This document shows, in pieces, positions 19,097-28,600 of a stretch of DNA of 33,014 bases; position 1 is the stretch's first letter; every line of letters starts with the position of its first letter. The translations under genes were made by a program, and so were the position numbers. The notes under the pieces are model-generated. The model did not search any database. It had not been told where the DNA came from and saw only the letters and a list, made by a program, of their open reading frames with translations. The stretch lies in the sequence record SRR22947727_3957. One strand, 5' to 3'.

Positions 19097-19654
19097 ATGA
19101 TCTTATCGCATGAAGCTAAACAGCCGCTTTTAGTGTGTCCTGAGCGTTATGTGGACATGCGAGGTTTTTTTAGTGAAGCCTATAGCCGCCATCGCTACGA
19201 AGAGCTGGGTATTTCTTCCGAGTTTGTTCAAGACAATCATTCACTTTCACGGGATGTCGGAACGTTACGTGGTTTGCATTTTCAGGCGCCGCCAGCGGCA
19301 CAAGGTAAGCTGGTTCGCTGCGGTCGTGGAGCGATTTTTGACGTCGCTGTAGATATAAGGCGCGGTAGCCCGACCTATGGAAAGTGGGAGGGCTTTGAGC
19401 TGTCAGCCGAGAACGGGCACCAGCTCTATGTCCCGGTGGGGTTTGCGCATGGTTTTGTAACGCTAGAGGCCGATAGCGAGATCGTCTACAAGTGCACTGA
19501 CTACTATGCTCCGGAAACAGAAGGTGCCGTACTGTGGAGTAGCTGCGGTATTGACTGGCCTCTGTCTGGTGATCCGATCTTGAGTCATAAGGACCAAGAA
19601 GCTTCTCTTCTGGCTGATTTTGATAGTCCGTTTGTTTACGGTCAAAACTCATGA
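19097..19654 (+). CDS. rfbC: dTDP-4-dehydrorhamnose 3,5-epimerase
   Basis: [52 protein letters not shown]. Confidence 0.95.
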   Translation: MILSHEAKQPLLVCPERYVDMRGFFSEAYSRHRYEELGISSEFVQDNHSLSRDVGTLRGLHFQAPPAAQGKLVRCGRGAIFDVAVDIRRGSPTYGKWEGFELSAENGHQLYVPVGFAHGFVTLEADSEIVYKCTDYYAPETEGAVLWSSCGIDWPLSGDPILSHKDQEASLLADFDSPFVYGQNS

Positions 19655-20694
19655 AAATACTAATTACTGGCGGTGCCGGCTTTATTGGTTCTGCTGTGGT
19701 CCGCTTAGCAATTGCTCGTGGGCACTCTGTAGTGAATGTGGACGCTCTTACTTATGCAGCGTGTTTGGCCAATATAGCAGATGTAGCAGAGCACCCCTGC
19801 TATGTGTTTGAACAGGCCGACATTCGAGACCGCGCGTCACTAGATGAGATTTTTGTCAAACACACTCCCGATAAGGTAATGCATTTGGCAGCTGAGTCTC
19901 ACGTAGATAGGTCTATCGATGGACCTGCAGACTTTATCGAGACCAACGTTAACGGAACCCTCAACATGCTGGAGGCCTCTCGTCACTATTGGCAATCAAA
20001 AGGAAGGCCTGTGGACTTTCGTTTCCATCACATAAGCACAGATGAGGTGTTTGGATCGCTTGGCGCCACCGGATTGTTTACCGAGGACACCCCCTACGAT
20101 CCGCGCAGCCCCTACTCTGCCTCTAAGGCTAGCTCTGATCATCTAGTGCGCGCTTGGCACGAAACTTATGGGCTGCCAGTTGTGTTAACAAACTGCTCAA
20201 ACAATTACGGCCCGTACCATTTTCCAGAAAAGCTGGTGCCAGTGGTCATCTTAAATGCGTTAGCTGGCAAGACGCTGCCCATTTATGGCGACGGCGGCAA
20301 TATCCGCGACTGGCTCTTTGTCGAAGACCACGCCGATGCGCTTTTGCTGGTCTTAGAGAATGGTTCTGTAGGGCGCAGCTATAACATTGGCGGAGAAAAC
20401 GAGCGGACTAATCTGGAGCTTGTTAAAATGCTTTGCAGCATTCTAGACCGACTAAGCCCACGCGCAAAGGGAAGTTATTCTGAGCTGATCGCCTTCGTTA
20501 CCGATAGGCCGGGCCATGATGCCCGCTATGCGATTGATCCAAGTCGTATACGCGATGAGTTAGACTGGCGCCCCTCAGTGACCGTTGAAGAAGGCTTGGA
20601 GCAAACTGTTCAGTGGTATTTGGATAATGAAGACTGGTGGCAGCCTTTGCTTCAACGATCAGACGTTGGGAAACGTCTAGGAACATCTTCATGA
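19651..20694 (+). CDS. rfbB: dTDP-glucose 4,6-dehydratase
   Basis: [46 protein letters not shown]. Confidence 0.97.
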   Translation: MKILITGGAGFIGSAVVRLAIARGHSVVNVDALTYAACLANIADVAEHPCYVFEQADIRDRASLDEIFVKHTPDKVMHLAAESHVDRSIDGPADFIETNVNGTLNMLEASRHYWQSKGRPVDFRFHHISTDEVFGSLGATGLFTEDTPYDPRSPYSASKASSDHLVRAWHETYGLPVVLTNCSNNYGPYHFPEKLVPVVILNALAGKTLPIYGDGGNIRDWLFVEDHADALLLVLENGSVGRSYNIGGENERTNLELVKMLCSILDRLSPRAKGSYSELIAFVTDRPGHDARYAIDPSRIRDELDWRPSVTVEEGLEQTVQWYLDNEDWWQPLLQRSDVGKRLGTSS

Positions 20695-21539
20695 TCCTCG
20701 TCTTTGGTAAAACTGGGCAGGTCGCGCGAGAACTGCAGCAACTTGGGACCGTTATGGCAGTGGGCCGTGAAGAGGCGAACCTTAGCGACCCACAGGCCTG
20801 TGCGGACGCCATCAGGCATCATTCACCCGATGCGGTAATCAATGCTGCAGCGTATACTGCTGTCGATCAGGCAGAGGATGAGGAAGCAATTGCTACCGTC
20901 ATAAATGGGGATGCTCCCACGGCAATGGCGAGAGCTTGTGCCGAACTTGGTATTCCTTTTGTGCACATCTCAACCGATTACGTGTTCAAAGGTACGGGTC
21001 AGGCCTCATGGAAGCCGCAGGATCAAACTGCCCCGCAGAATGCTTACGGTCGTAGTAAGTTAGCCGGCGAAACAGGTATTGCTGATTGTGGTGGGACCTA
21101 CGCGATCTTGCGAACGTCTTGGGTCGTCTCAGCCCATGGGGCGAACTTTATCAAAACGATGCTACGCCTCTCTGAAACACGCGGCGCGTTAAACATTGTT
21201 GGTGATCAAATTGGCGGGCCAACACCCGCGCGGGATATTGCTTTGACATGTTTGCAAATTGCAGAGCAGTTAATCCAAGAACCGTCAAAATCGGGCATCT
21301 ATCATTTTAGTGGGACCCCCGACGTGTCATGGGCAGATTTTGCAGATGCGATTTTTGAGCAAGCAGGAAAATCTGTGGCCATCATACCCATTCCAACAAC
21401 AGACTACCCCACACCAGCACAACGTCCGCTTAACTCACGTATGGATTGCAAAACAACCGAGCGAGCCTTTGGCATTGAACGTCCTGATTGGGTGGCTGGG
21501 CTAAAAACGATATTGGAAAATTTAGAGGCGAGCACATGA
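20691..21539 (+). CDS. rfbD: dTDP-4-dehydrorhamnose reductase
   Basis: Start moved to ATG 20691 (ATGA overlap with rfbB). [41 protein letters not shown]. Confidence 0.95.
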   Translation: MILVFGKTGQVARELQQLGTVMAVGREEANLSDPQACADAIRHHSPDAVINAAAYTAVDQAEDEEAIATVINGDAPTAMARACAELGIPFVHISTDYVFKGTGQASWKPQDQTAPQNAYGRSKLAGETGIADCGGTYAILRTSWVVSAHGANFIKTMLRLSETRGALNIVGDQIGGPTPARDIALTCLQIAEQLIQEPSKSGIYHFSGTPDVSWADFADAIFEQAGKSVAIIPIPTTDYPTPAQRPLNSRMDCKTTERAFGIERPDWVAGLKTILENLEAST

Positions 21540-22339
21540 CACAACGCAAAGGCATTATTCTGGCGGGTGGGTCAGGTACACGGCTCTACCCCCTTACAAT
21601 AGCTGTCTCCAAACAGCTCTTACCCATTTATGACAAACCAATGGTGTATTATCCGCTCACTGTCTTAATGCTTGCAGGGATCAAGGATATTTTGGTCATT
21701 ACTACGCCACAAGATCAGGATCAGTTCCAACGCCTTCTTGGAGACGGCAGCCAGTGGGGCATTCATCTGGAATACAAAATACAACCTTCCCCCGATGGGT
21801 TGGCGCAAGCGTTTATTTTGGCCGAAGATTTTCTTGATGGCGCACCCTCTGCAATGGTGCTGGGTGACAACATCTTCTTTGGCCATGGGTTGCCTGAAAT
21901 TTTAGCTGCTGCAAATGAACAAACGTCAGGGGCTACCGTCTTCGGTTATCACGTCTCAGATCCTGAACGGTACGGTGTCGTCGCTTTTGATGTAGACGGT
22001 AAAGTACAAAGTATTGTCGAGAAACCCAAAGTGCCCCCCTCTAACTATGCTGTAACAGGGTTGTACTTTGTGGACGGGTCAGCCCCACAACGCGCCAAAC
22101 AGGTTAAGCCGTCTTCACGCGGCGAATTAGAGATCACATCGCTATTGGAAAGCTATCTCAATGATGGCTGCCTTAATGTCGAGAAAATGGGGAGAGGCTA
22201 TGCATGGCTAGATACAGGCACACATGCCTCACTCCTCGACGCTTCAAACTTTGTGCGGACACTGACAGAGAGGCAAGGCCTGCAAGTTGGTTCGCCTGAT
22301 GAAGTCGCCTATCATATGAAATGTGATCAAAAAAGCTAG
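21536..22339 (+). CDS. rfbA: Glucose-1-phosphate thymidylyltransferase (C-terminus shortened)
   Basis: Start moved to ATG 21536 (ATGA overlap). [47 protein letters not shown]. 267 aa. Confidence 0.93.
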   Translation: MTQRKGIILAGGSGTRLYPLTIAVSKQLLPIYDKPMVYYPLTVLMLAGIKDILVITTPQDQDQFQRLLGDGSQWGIHLEYKIQPSPDGLAQAFILAEDFLDGAPSAMVLGDNIFFGHGLPEILAAANEQTSGATVFGYHVSDPERYGVVAFDVDGKVQSIVEKPKVPPSNYAVTGLYFVDGSAPQRAKQVKPSSRGELEITSLLESYLNDGCLNVEKMGRGYAWLDTGTHASLLDASNFVRTLTERQGLQVGSPDEVAYHMKCDQKS

Positions 22340-22414
22340 TCAACCTCTAGCTCAAGGCGTCAGTAAAACATTTTAAATTGTTAGTAAGCAATATCTTCGG
22401 GGGAAATAACGTTA

Positions 22415-23110
22415 ATGCGTATCGTATTGTCTATTGTTAGCCATCAACAACAAACTCTTGTCCAAAATTTATTGGATTCGATAGATAGATACGCCAGTTG
22501 CAGCACACACGAACTAATAATTGTTATCACGGAAAATACGTCCGTTTATAATGATGTCAAATCCAAAAAATTTGATGTTAAATTAACACAGAACATAAGG
22601 CAAAAAGGCTTTGGCAGCAATCACAACGCGGCTTTTGAAAAATTTGAATGTGATTACTTCTTTGTAATAAATCCAGATATTGTTTTTACAAAAGATATAG
22701 ATTTTGGATTCTTAATCCAATCTTTTGAAGAAAAAATGATCGACATAGCAAGTCCTAAAATACTAAACTCATCTGGTCAAGTTGAAGACTATAAACGCGC
22801 AGATTTAACTATTTATAACTTAATAAAGCGAAAGCTGCTGAAGAATCACAAAGAGGAATTTCAATGGTTTGCTGGAATGTTTTTAATGATAAGGTCATGT
22901 AGCTTTAAAAGGCTATGTGGTTTTGATACAAACTATTTTATGTATGTTGAAGATTGTGATTTGTGCATGCGAGCCAGGAAAGCAGGGATGATATTAGGAG
23001 ATTTGGAAAATTTTTCTGTAATTCATAATGCACAACGCGTCTCAAGAAGACGCGTTGATCACTTTACATGGCATATAAAAAGCCTAATGAGATATATAAT
23101 ATGCAAATAA
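22415..23110 (+). CDS. Glycosyltransferase family 2 (rhamnosyltransferase-like)
   Basis: GFGSNHN, INPD, AGMF, GFD..YFMYVED.DLC.R. Directly follows the rml genes. Confidence 0.88.
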   Translation: MRIVLSIVSHQQQTLVQNLLDSIDRYASCSTHELIIVITENTSVYNDVKSKKFDVKLTQNIRQKGFGSNHNAAFEKFECDYFFVINPDIVFTKDIDFGFLIQSFEEKMIDIASPKILNSSGQVEDYKRADLTIYNLIKRKLLKNHKEEFQWFAGMFLMIRSCSFKRLCGFDTNYFMYVEDCDLCMRARKAGMILGDLENFSVIHNAQRVSRRRVDHFTWHIKSLMRYIICK

Positions 23111-23188
23111 GTTATTCTATCATTTGTAGAATCGACATAATCAAAATGTCTATGATGTAGAGGTAACGATTTAGGATGACATTGATAC

Positions 23189-23506
23189 GTGTCGCGCTTA
23201 GCCGATTTGAAGTTGCAAATAGCAGAAGCACTTGGATTAGATGCAAGTGATATTTCAACTGTGGAGACCGCATACGAAGGTATATCGATATTCTCCCTGG
23301 ACGCTTCTAAAGTGACAACCCTCAAATCAATTCGAAACATCTCTGTTCAATTAATTGATCAACCTACGGCTTTGGCGCTGTTAGAGCCAATTGACACTAA
23401 CACTAATTCCTCGTTTAAATGCCTAAGTAACGTAGATGCTGTCGAGCAATATCGATACTTCAATCAAATTTTGTATATGCAAAAAGAAACGGGAGCCAAA
23501 AGATGA
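23189..23506 (+). CDS. Hypothetical protein with degenerate acyl/peptidyl-carrier-like pattern
   Basis: IAEALG...E.I.IFS36LD is in register with ACP IGEQLG...EDLGADS36LD, followed by LIDQPTALAL. ATGA overlap with sxtJ-like gene. Weak GTG start. Confidence 0.35.
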   Translation: MSRLADLKLQIAEALGLDASDISTVETAYEGISIFSLDASKVTTLKSIRNISVQLIDQPTALALLEPIDTNTNSSFKCLSNVDAVEQYRYFNQILYMQKETGAKR

Positions 23507-23901
23507 AATTATCAGAAATTGAACTTCCTTCCAATCAAAAGTTTGGATTTTTCTTTACGTTCGTTTTTGCATTGGCAGCAGCATATTTTTACCACTCAAC
23601 CAATGTAACTTGGACTTATCTATTTACTGCAGCAGCACTGGCATTTCTGCTTATCACGCTGATAAAGAGCGACGCACTTCTACCTCTTAATAAGCTATGG
23701 ATGTGTTTTGGACTCCTACTTGGCATGATAGTAAGTCCAATCGTGCTTGGGATTGTTTTCTTTGGACTCTTTACACCCATTGGGATGATTATGCGCCTTA
23801 GTGGACGCGACGAGTTACGATTAAAGCTTATGCAGAAATCAAGTCACTGGATTTCGCGCGAAGAACCAATCAAATCTGACTCATTCAATAACCAGTTTTA
23901 A
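23503..23901 (+). CDS. SxtJ family membrane protein
   Basis: PSNQKFG, PLNKLWM.FG.LLG.IVSPI.LG.VFF.LFTPIG..MRL.GRD.LRLK...SHWI.R, C-terminal NQF. Confidence 0.88.
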   Translation: MKLSEIELPSNQKFGFFFTFVFALAAAYFYHSTNVTWTYLFTAAALAFLLITLIKSDALLPLNKLWMCFGLLLGMIVSPIVLGIVFFGLFTPIGMIMRLSGRDELRLKLMQKSSHWISREEPIKSDSFNNQF

Positions 23902-23915
23902 TAAAGGTTAAGCAA

Positions 23916-24065
23916 TTGGAATTTTTAAAAGAACTTTGGGCATTCTTACGTGTACGTAAAAAGCTATGGCTTGCGCCAATCATTATCGTCATGTTAATTC
24001 TTGGAGGCTTGTTGATCCTTGCGCAAGGTTCTGTAGTTGCCCCTTTCATTTACACACTCTTTTAG
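23916..24065 (+). CDS. DUF5989 / SxtK-like 49-aa single-TM micro-protein
   Basis: Not in ORF track. TTG start after AAAGG; translates to MEFLKELWAFLRVRKKLWLAPIIIVMLILGGLLILAQGSVVAPFIYTLF*. Fills the gap between sxtJ-like and the carbamoyltransferase. Confidence 0.9.
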   Translation: MEFLKELWAFLRVRKKLWLAPIIIVMLILGGLLILAQGSVVAPFIYTLF

Positions 24066-24074
24066 GGGCATCGC

Positions 24075-25913
24075 ATGTATATCTTAGGTATTTCTGCCTT
24101 TTATCACGACAGCGCGGCATGCTTGCTAAATGATGGTGAGATTATTGCTGCAGCGCAAGAAGAACGCTTTACCCGTAAGAAACATGATGCTGGCTTCCCT
24201 CGTCATGCAATTCTTTACTGCTTAAAAGAGGCTGGCATAGCAGCAAAGGATATCGACAATGTAGTGTTTTACGAAAAGCCCTTTGTTAAGTTTGAGCGAC
24301 TAATCGAAACATACCTAGCGTTTGCACCTAAGGGATTTACAAGCTTCGCTAAAGCGATGCCAGTATGGATAAAAGACAAACTATTTCAAAAATCGGCACT
24401 TATCAAAGAGTTGAAGTCAACGCTTGATGAGAGTGTTGATTGGCATGAGCGCTTGTTGTTCTCTGAGCATCACTTATCACACGCAGCAAGTGCATATTAT
24501 CCGTCTCCCTTTGATAGTGCTGCTGTGCTAACGCTAGATGGTGTAGGAGAGTGGACAACAACATCGCTGGCTATAGGTAGAGGTAGCGATTTACAAGTTG
24601 TAAAGGAAATACACTTTCCGCATTCACTTGGCTTACTCTACTCCGCGTTCACATATTACACGGGGTTTAAGGTCAACTCTGGTGAATACAAAGTGATGGG
24701 TTTAGCTCCATATGGAGAGCCACGCTACGCAGAATTAATACGAGAAAAACTCGTCACAGTTTCTGACGATGGTAGCTTCCAGCTGGATATGAGTTACTTT
24801 AATTATGCAACTGGCTTAACGATGACAAACAAGAAGTTTGATTCATTGTTTGGCGGGCCACCACGCACGTCTGAGACGGAACTTACACAGCGAGAAATGG
24901 ATTTAGCTGCCTCGGTTCAAAAAGTGACTGAGGATATTGTTCTTGAGTTAGCCAGAGGGATTGCCAAAGAAACTGGTGAACGTAACTTATGCCTTGCTGG
25001 CGGTGTAGCGCTTAACTGTGTAGCAAATGGAGTTTTGTTACGTGAAAAAATCTTTGACAATATTTGGATTCAACCAGCGGCGGGCGATGCTGGTGGTGCA
25101 TTGGGTGCTGCTCTATCAACTTGGTATCTTCATCACAATAAAGAACGTGTTACTGCAACTGGGCGTGATGCGATGAAGGGCGCTTACCTGGGCCCAGAGT
25201 TCACAGCCAACGAAATTGAAACTGAACTCGCGGCTTGTGGTGCAAACTTCACAAAGCTTCCTGAAGCTGAAATGATTGAAGAAGTAGCTTCCGCCTTAGC
25301 TGATGAAAAAGCAGTTGGATGGATGCAAGGGCGGATGGAGTTTGGGCCACGTGCACTTGGAGGACGCAGTATCATTGCTGATCCTCGCTCACCAGTCATG
25401 CAAAAACAACTTAACCTTAAAGTTAAATATAGAGAGAGTTTTCGTCCATTCGCTCCTAGCGTGTTAAGAGAAGATGTAAGTGATTGGTTTGAGCATAAAA
25501 TAGATAGTCCATATATGCTTCTCGTAGCAGACGTTCAAAATGACAAACGTCGGGCAATGACCGAAGAAGAAGAGGCGCTATTTGGCATTGATAAACTAAA
25601 TGTACCACGTTCTTCTGTTCCAGCAATTACGCACGTTGACTATTCTGCTCGTATCCAGACAGTACATGCGGATACAAACCCTAAGTACCATGCAGTAATC
25701 TCGAAATTTAAAGAGAAAACGGGCTGTCCGCTTGTTGTGAACACATCATTTAACGTTCGTGGCGAACCTATTATTTGCACACCAACAGACGCATTTAAAT
25801 GCTTCATGGGTACGGAGATGGATGTGTTAGCAGTTGGCAATTGCGTACTTTACAAAGAACAGCAAGACGAAGCCCTTAAAGAAAATTATGAAGAACGTTA
25901 TGAGCTGGATTAG
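24075..25913 (+). CDS. O-carbamoyltransferase, NodU/CmcH/SxtI family
   Basis: GISAFYHDSAA, EERFTRKKH, EHHLSHAASA, DGVGE, EYKVMGLAPYG, AGGVALNC, EFGPRALGGRS, RESFRPFAP, HVDYSARIQTV, NTSFN. Confidence 0.96.
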   Translation: MYILGISAFYHDSAACLLNDGEIIAAAQEERFTRKKHDAGFPRHAILYCLKEAGIAAKDIDNVVFYEKPFVKFERLIETYLAFAPKGFTSFAKAMPVWIKDKLFQKSALIKELKSTLDESVDWHERLLFSEHHLSHAASAYYPSPFDSAAVLTLDGVGEWTTTSLAIGRGSDLQVVKEIHFPHSLGLLYSAFTYYTGFKVNSGEYKVMGLAPYGEPRYAELIREKLVTVSDDGSFQLDMSYFNYATGLTMTNKKFDSLFGGPPRTSETELTQREMDLAASVQKVTEDIVLELARGIAKETGERNLCLAGGVALNCVANGVLLREKIFDNIWIQPAAGDAGGALGAALSTWYLHHNKERVTATGRDAMKGAYLGPEFTANEIETELAACGANFTKLPEAEMIEEVASALADEKAVGWMQGRMEFGPRALGGRSIIADPRSPVMQKQLNLKVKYRESFRPFAPSVLREDVSDWFEHKIDSPYMLLVADVQNDKRRAMTEEEEALFGIDKLNVPRSSVPAITHVDYSARIQTVHADTNPKYHAVISKFKEKTGCPLVVNTSFNVRGEPIICTPTDAFKCFMGTEMDVLAVGNCVLYKEQQDEALKENYEERYELD

Positions 25914-26991
25914 AGTATTTTCGATAAATTTAGTGGTTTTTTTATCTTTAGTAGTAGCGGCAGAAATAGCAATTAGATCTGCATGGACGGTTAGTCTCTG
26001 TTTACGTGATGTTTGTGAATTTTCAAGGTTAAAAAAGTTAGCGATCTATGACGATCAATTAGTTGATCATAACATTTCAATTACCCAGTATGATACAGAT
26101 TTGGGGTACAAGCCCACTCCGAACTTTCAAAAAGTACTAAACTTTGGTGGTTGGGATAACAAAATTGTCACAATTACAAGTAAAGGGTATAGAGCAAACG
26201 GAAATGTTGTTTCTTCAACAAAACTGTTGACTGAAAAAAAAATTCTCGCCATTGGCGACTCTTTTACCTTTGGTGACCAAGTGAGTGATTATGAAACTTG
26301 GCCCGCATGTTTAGAACGGAGCATTGAGAGACCGACGATCAATGCCGGTGTATTTGGCTATGGTGCAGCACAAGCAGTGAAGAGAGCGCAAATTATTCAA
26401 GCAGATGAAAGTTTCGATACAATTATTTTTAGTATTTTGGTGAGAGACGATTTTCATCGTGACATGTTTAGCTTTAGGTATGGTCTACCACGACCGGCAG
26501 TTATATCTGTGAAAAATGATGTGCAATACGCAAACGTGCCTCCCAAACATGCAACTGGATCAAAATGGAACCCTAATAAGCCGCTCAATGCACTCTCTTT
26601 TCTCAGGATCAATTCAATGCTTGGAAAAAAAATCATTGATGCTTTAGGTATAGATGTGTCTGGGATGCGGCGGAATGAGATTCATGTAGATGCGACTTCA
26701 ATTGAAAAGGTTATTAATTTTACGCTGACAGAATTTAGTCGTTTAAAAGCGCCGAATAAAATAATAGTATTGCAGTATTCTGAAAAAGATATGCCAAAAT
26801 TATCAAAAGAAGTCGCAAGTATAAAAAAGCAAGTTATCTCTCTCGCGTCTCAATTTGGCTTCACTATCGTTGATACTTTCGACAAAGTAAAATCTGAGCA
26901 TATGCTCGAGAGTCCTGAAGTATGGAATGGACACCATACAGCTCACGGTAACGAATTAGTTTGTAGAGAAATTTTGAAAAAACTTAACTAG
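25900..26991 (+). CDS. Membrane-anchored SGNH/GDSL-fold protein
   Basis: Probable start ATG 25900 (25888 also possible). N-terminal TM INLVVFLSLVVAAEIAIR; GDSFTFG, NAGVFGYG, C-terminal NGHHTAHGN. Confidence 0.85.
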   Translation: MSWIRVFSINLVVFLSLVVAAEIAIRSAWTVSLCLRDVCEFSRLKKLAIYDDQLVDHNISITQYDTDLGYKPTPNFQKVLNFGGWDNKIVTITSKGYRANGNVVSSTKLLTEKKILAIGDSFTFGDQVSDYETWPACLERSIERPTINAGVFGYGAAQAVKRAQIIQADESFDTIIFSILVRDDFHRDMFSFRYGLPRPAVISVKNDVQYANVPPKHATGSKWNPNKPLNALSFLRINSMLGKKIIDALGIDVSGMRRNEIHVDATSIEKVINFTLTEFSRLKAPNKIIVLQYSEKDMPKLSKEVASIKKQVISLASQFGFTIVDTFDKVKSEHMLESPEVWNGHHTAHGNELVCREILKKLN

Positions 26992-26994
26992 TAG

Positions 26995-27408
26995 TTGTTG
27001 ATGTCTGCGTTATCCAGGCCTCAAAATACCTATCATTACTCTAACTCAAAACCGGATATAGCTGAACTGGCGGCCGCGTACGCATTTGAGCTTGCGAAAA
27101 ACCACCCATTCAATGACGCAAATAAACGCACTGCACTAATCGCGATGCGCTTGTTTATGAAGTTAAACGGATACGATTTATCAGCCCCGCCTGAGGAGAA
27201 ATACCGTATGATTATTCAAGTCGCGGCAAGTGATGTCAGCGAGGTAGAACTCGCACAACGGATCCGAGCAAACCTGACGAAGTTACAATGGCGCACGTCT
27301 TTTAACTCATCACCGATACACTTCGTCGTGGGACCCGATATTGATCAGGATGATGTCACGGTCCTGGATCATCAATTCAAGTGTGATGCGATAGCTCATG
27401 TTAATTGA
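26995..27408 (+). pseudogene. doc: 5'-truncated Doc (death-on-curing) toxin fragment
   Basis: Begins abruptly at LLMSALSRPQ, which is internal in Doc proteins, straight after two stop codons. Has HPFNDANKRTA. No RBS. The reading frame runs on into the convergent toxin gene. Confidence 0.75.
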
Positions 27409-27588
27409 GACCGAGCTCAAGCCTGTAAGACTGCCTGACAGCTTATGCAGCCGTAGTGACGGATGATGGATGTCTAGCTCCATCAACTGAAGTGTTTTGA
27501 GATACTGATCTTTTAGAGTGGGGTGCTTTTTGATCCATTTGGCAGCTTTCTTGTTGTAGCTGTCTGTGAAGACCAGCCGATAGCTCAT
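27310..27588 (-). CDS. Type II TA toxin, RelE/YafQ superfamily mRNA interferase
   Basis: 92 aa, basic; HPSLRLHKLSG, SINMSYRI, IGSHDEVY. 4-nt overlap with the antitoxin. Confidence 0.88.
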   Translation of the reverse strand: MSYRLVFTDSYNKKAAKWIKKHPTLKDQYLKTLQLMELDIHHPSLRLHKLSGSLTGLSSVSINMSYRITLELMIQDRDIILINIGSHDEVYR

Positions 27589-27842
27589 TCCATCGCCTCG
27601 ATGCGCCTCACGTGAGCTGCAGGACTCTCAGTGACAAACCGGCCCTCAGCCAGGTCTTTACGTGTCTCATGAATAGCAGCCTCTAGCTCACATGTGCGCA
27701 GGTGAGAGTACTGCTCAAAGCTCATCACAACGTATTTGTCTTTGCCGCGCACGGAGACGATTGCTTCTGTATTCTCAGCCAAGGCCTGCTCTATGGCTGT
27801 GACGCCTCGGGTCTTTAGTTCATTTGCTGGTATACTTGGCAT
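27585..27842 (-). CDS. Type II TA antitoxin, Phd/YefM family
   Basis: IPANELKTRG...AIVSVRGKDKYVVMSFEQY, acidic C-terminus, upstream of the toxin. Confidence 0.88.
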   Translation of the reverse strand: MPSIPANELKTRGVTAIEQALAENTEAIVSVRGKDKYVVMSFEQYSHLRTCELEAAIHETRKDLAEGRFVTESPAAHVRRIEAME

Positions 27843-27863
27843 AGCACGACCTCAACAATACTC

Positions 27864-27892
27864 TAGATAGTACTTGTTAACATACTAATCTA
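27864..27892. promoter_or_regulatory. Putative TA autoregulatory operator
   Basis: Imperfect palindrome TAGATAGTActTGTTAACATACTaATCTA centred on TGTTAACA, 22-50 bp upstream of the antitoxin start. Confidence 0.55.
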
Positions 27893-28040
27893 AGCCAAGC
27901 AATCTTGTCGTGCGATCTGACAAACGGCGTGAGGGCTTTTTGATAAAATAGCCAGCCGAACATAAATCACACCTAACACTCTGCAATCAAGCAGTTTTTG
28001 AAAACTTATCTACAAGCTTGCTAAGCAAACACTGTGTTGG

Positions 28041-28081
28041 CAACAGTACTGTTTGCCCATTTTGCTCAAACAGTACTGTTG
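28041..28081. repeat. Perfect 15-bp inverted repeat whose arms each contain the palindrome AACAGTACTGTT
   Basis: CAACAGTACTGTTTG (28041-28055), 11 bp spacer, CAAACAGTACTGTTG (28067-28081). Confidence 0.9.
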
Positions 28082-28569
28082 GGCCATTTACAAATAAATG
28101 CCATGTTAACATGCAGTGTTTGAGTGCACACCAATAGCGCGAGTAGCGGTTATTTGAATTAAATTTCCAATCGTAATGACGGGAAAATATTTGCTGGAAA
28201 ACAGCGTATTTATTTGCGTTCTAAGTTTGGCAGGGGCATGATTGTCGTGTTGAACACGTTGATCGCCTAGTCCGTGTGTCACAGTTTAGCGCACTTTATA
28301 ACACACCACAGAAAAATATTTATAAGTCGTTGTTAAGTAATATATAATTATGATGTTCTTCCATCATAATCCGCGTGTTTAGAATCACGCTACTTCTGAT
28401 AAACGTTAATAAATTCAGCTGTTTAGTGCAAATAATAAATTAACAAATTTCTAAGTACATCTAGTGTTAAATTTTATAGTCAACTTTAACTTAATCCTTG
28501 TGTTGTAAGACTCCGTGTATTTTACGCGCTGTACTTGATTGTCATAAGCGCACTTGTGGTGTTCAAAAC

Positions 28570-28600
28570 ACAACTCTTGCTTTGGTACTGCACGAGTTGT
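28570..28600. repeat. Stem-loop in AT-rich spacer
   Basis: ACAACTCTTGC-N9-GCACGAGTTGT, 10/11 paired. Confidence 0.55.

Noticed and set aside
20637-21535. Extended N-termini of rfbD (20637) and rfbA (21488) in the ORF track
   Set aside because: Homology begins at ATG 20691 and ATG 21536, both with ATGA coupling.
23503-25913. Saxitoxin biosynthesis (sxtIJK-like genes)
   Set aside because: No sxtA, sxtG or other core genes in the window; the context is polysaccharide synthesis.
28026-28090. Mini CRISPR array
   Set aside because: Only two short units with a 27-bp period and no cas genes.
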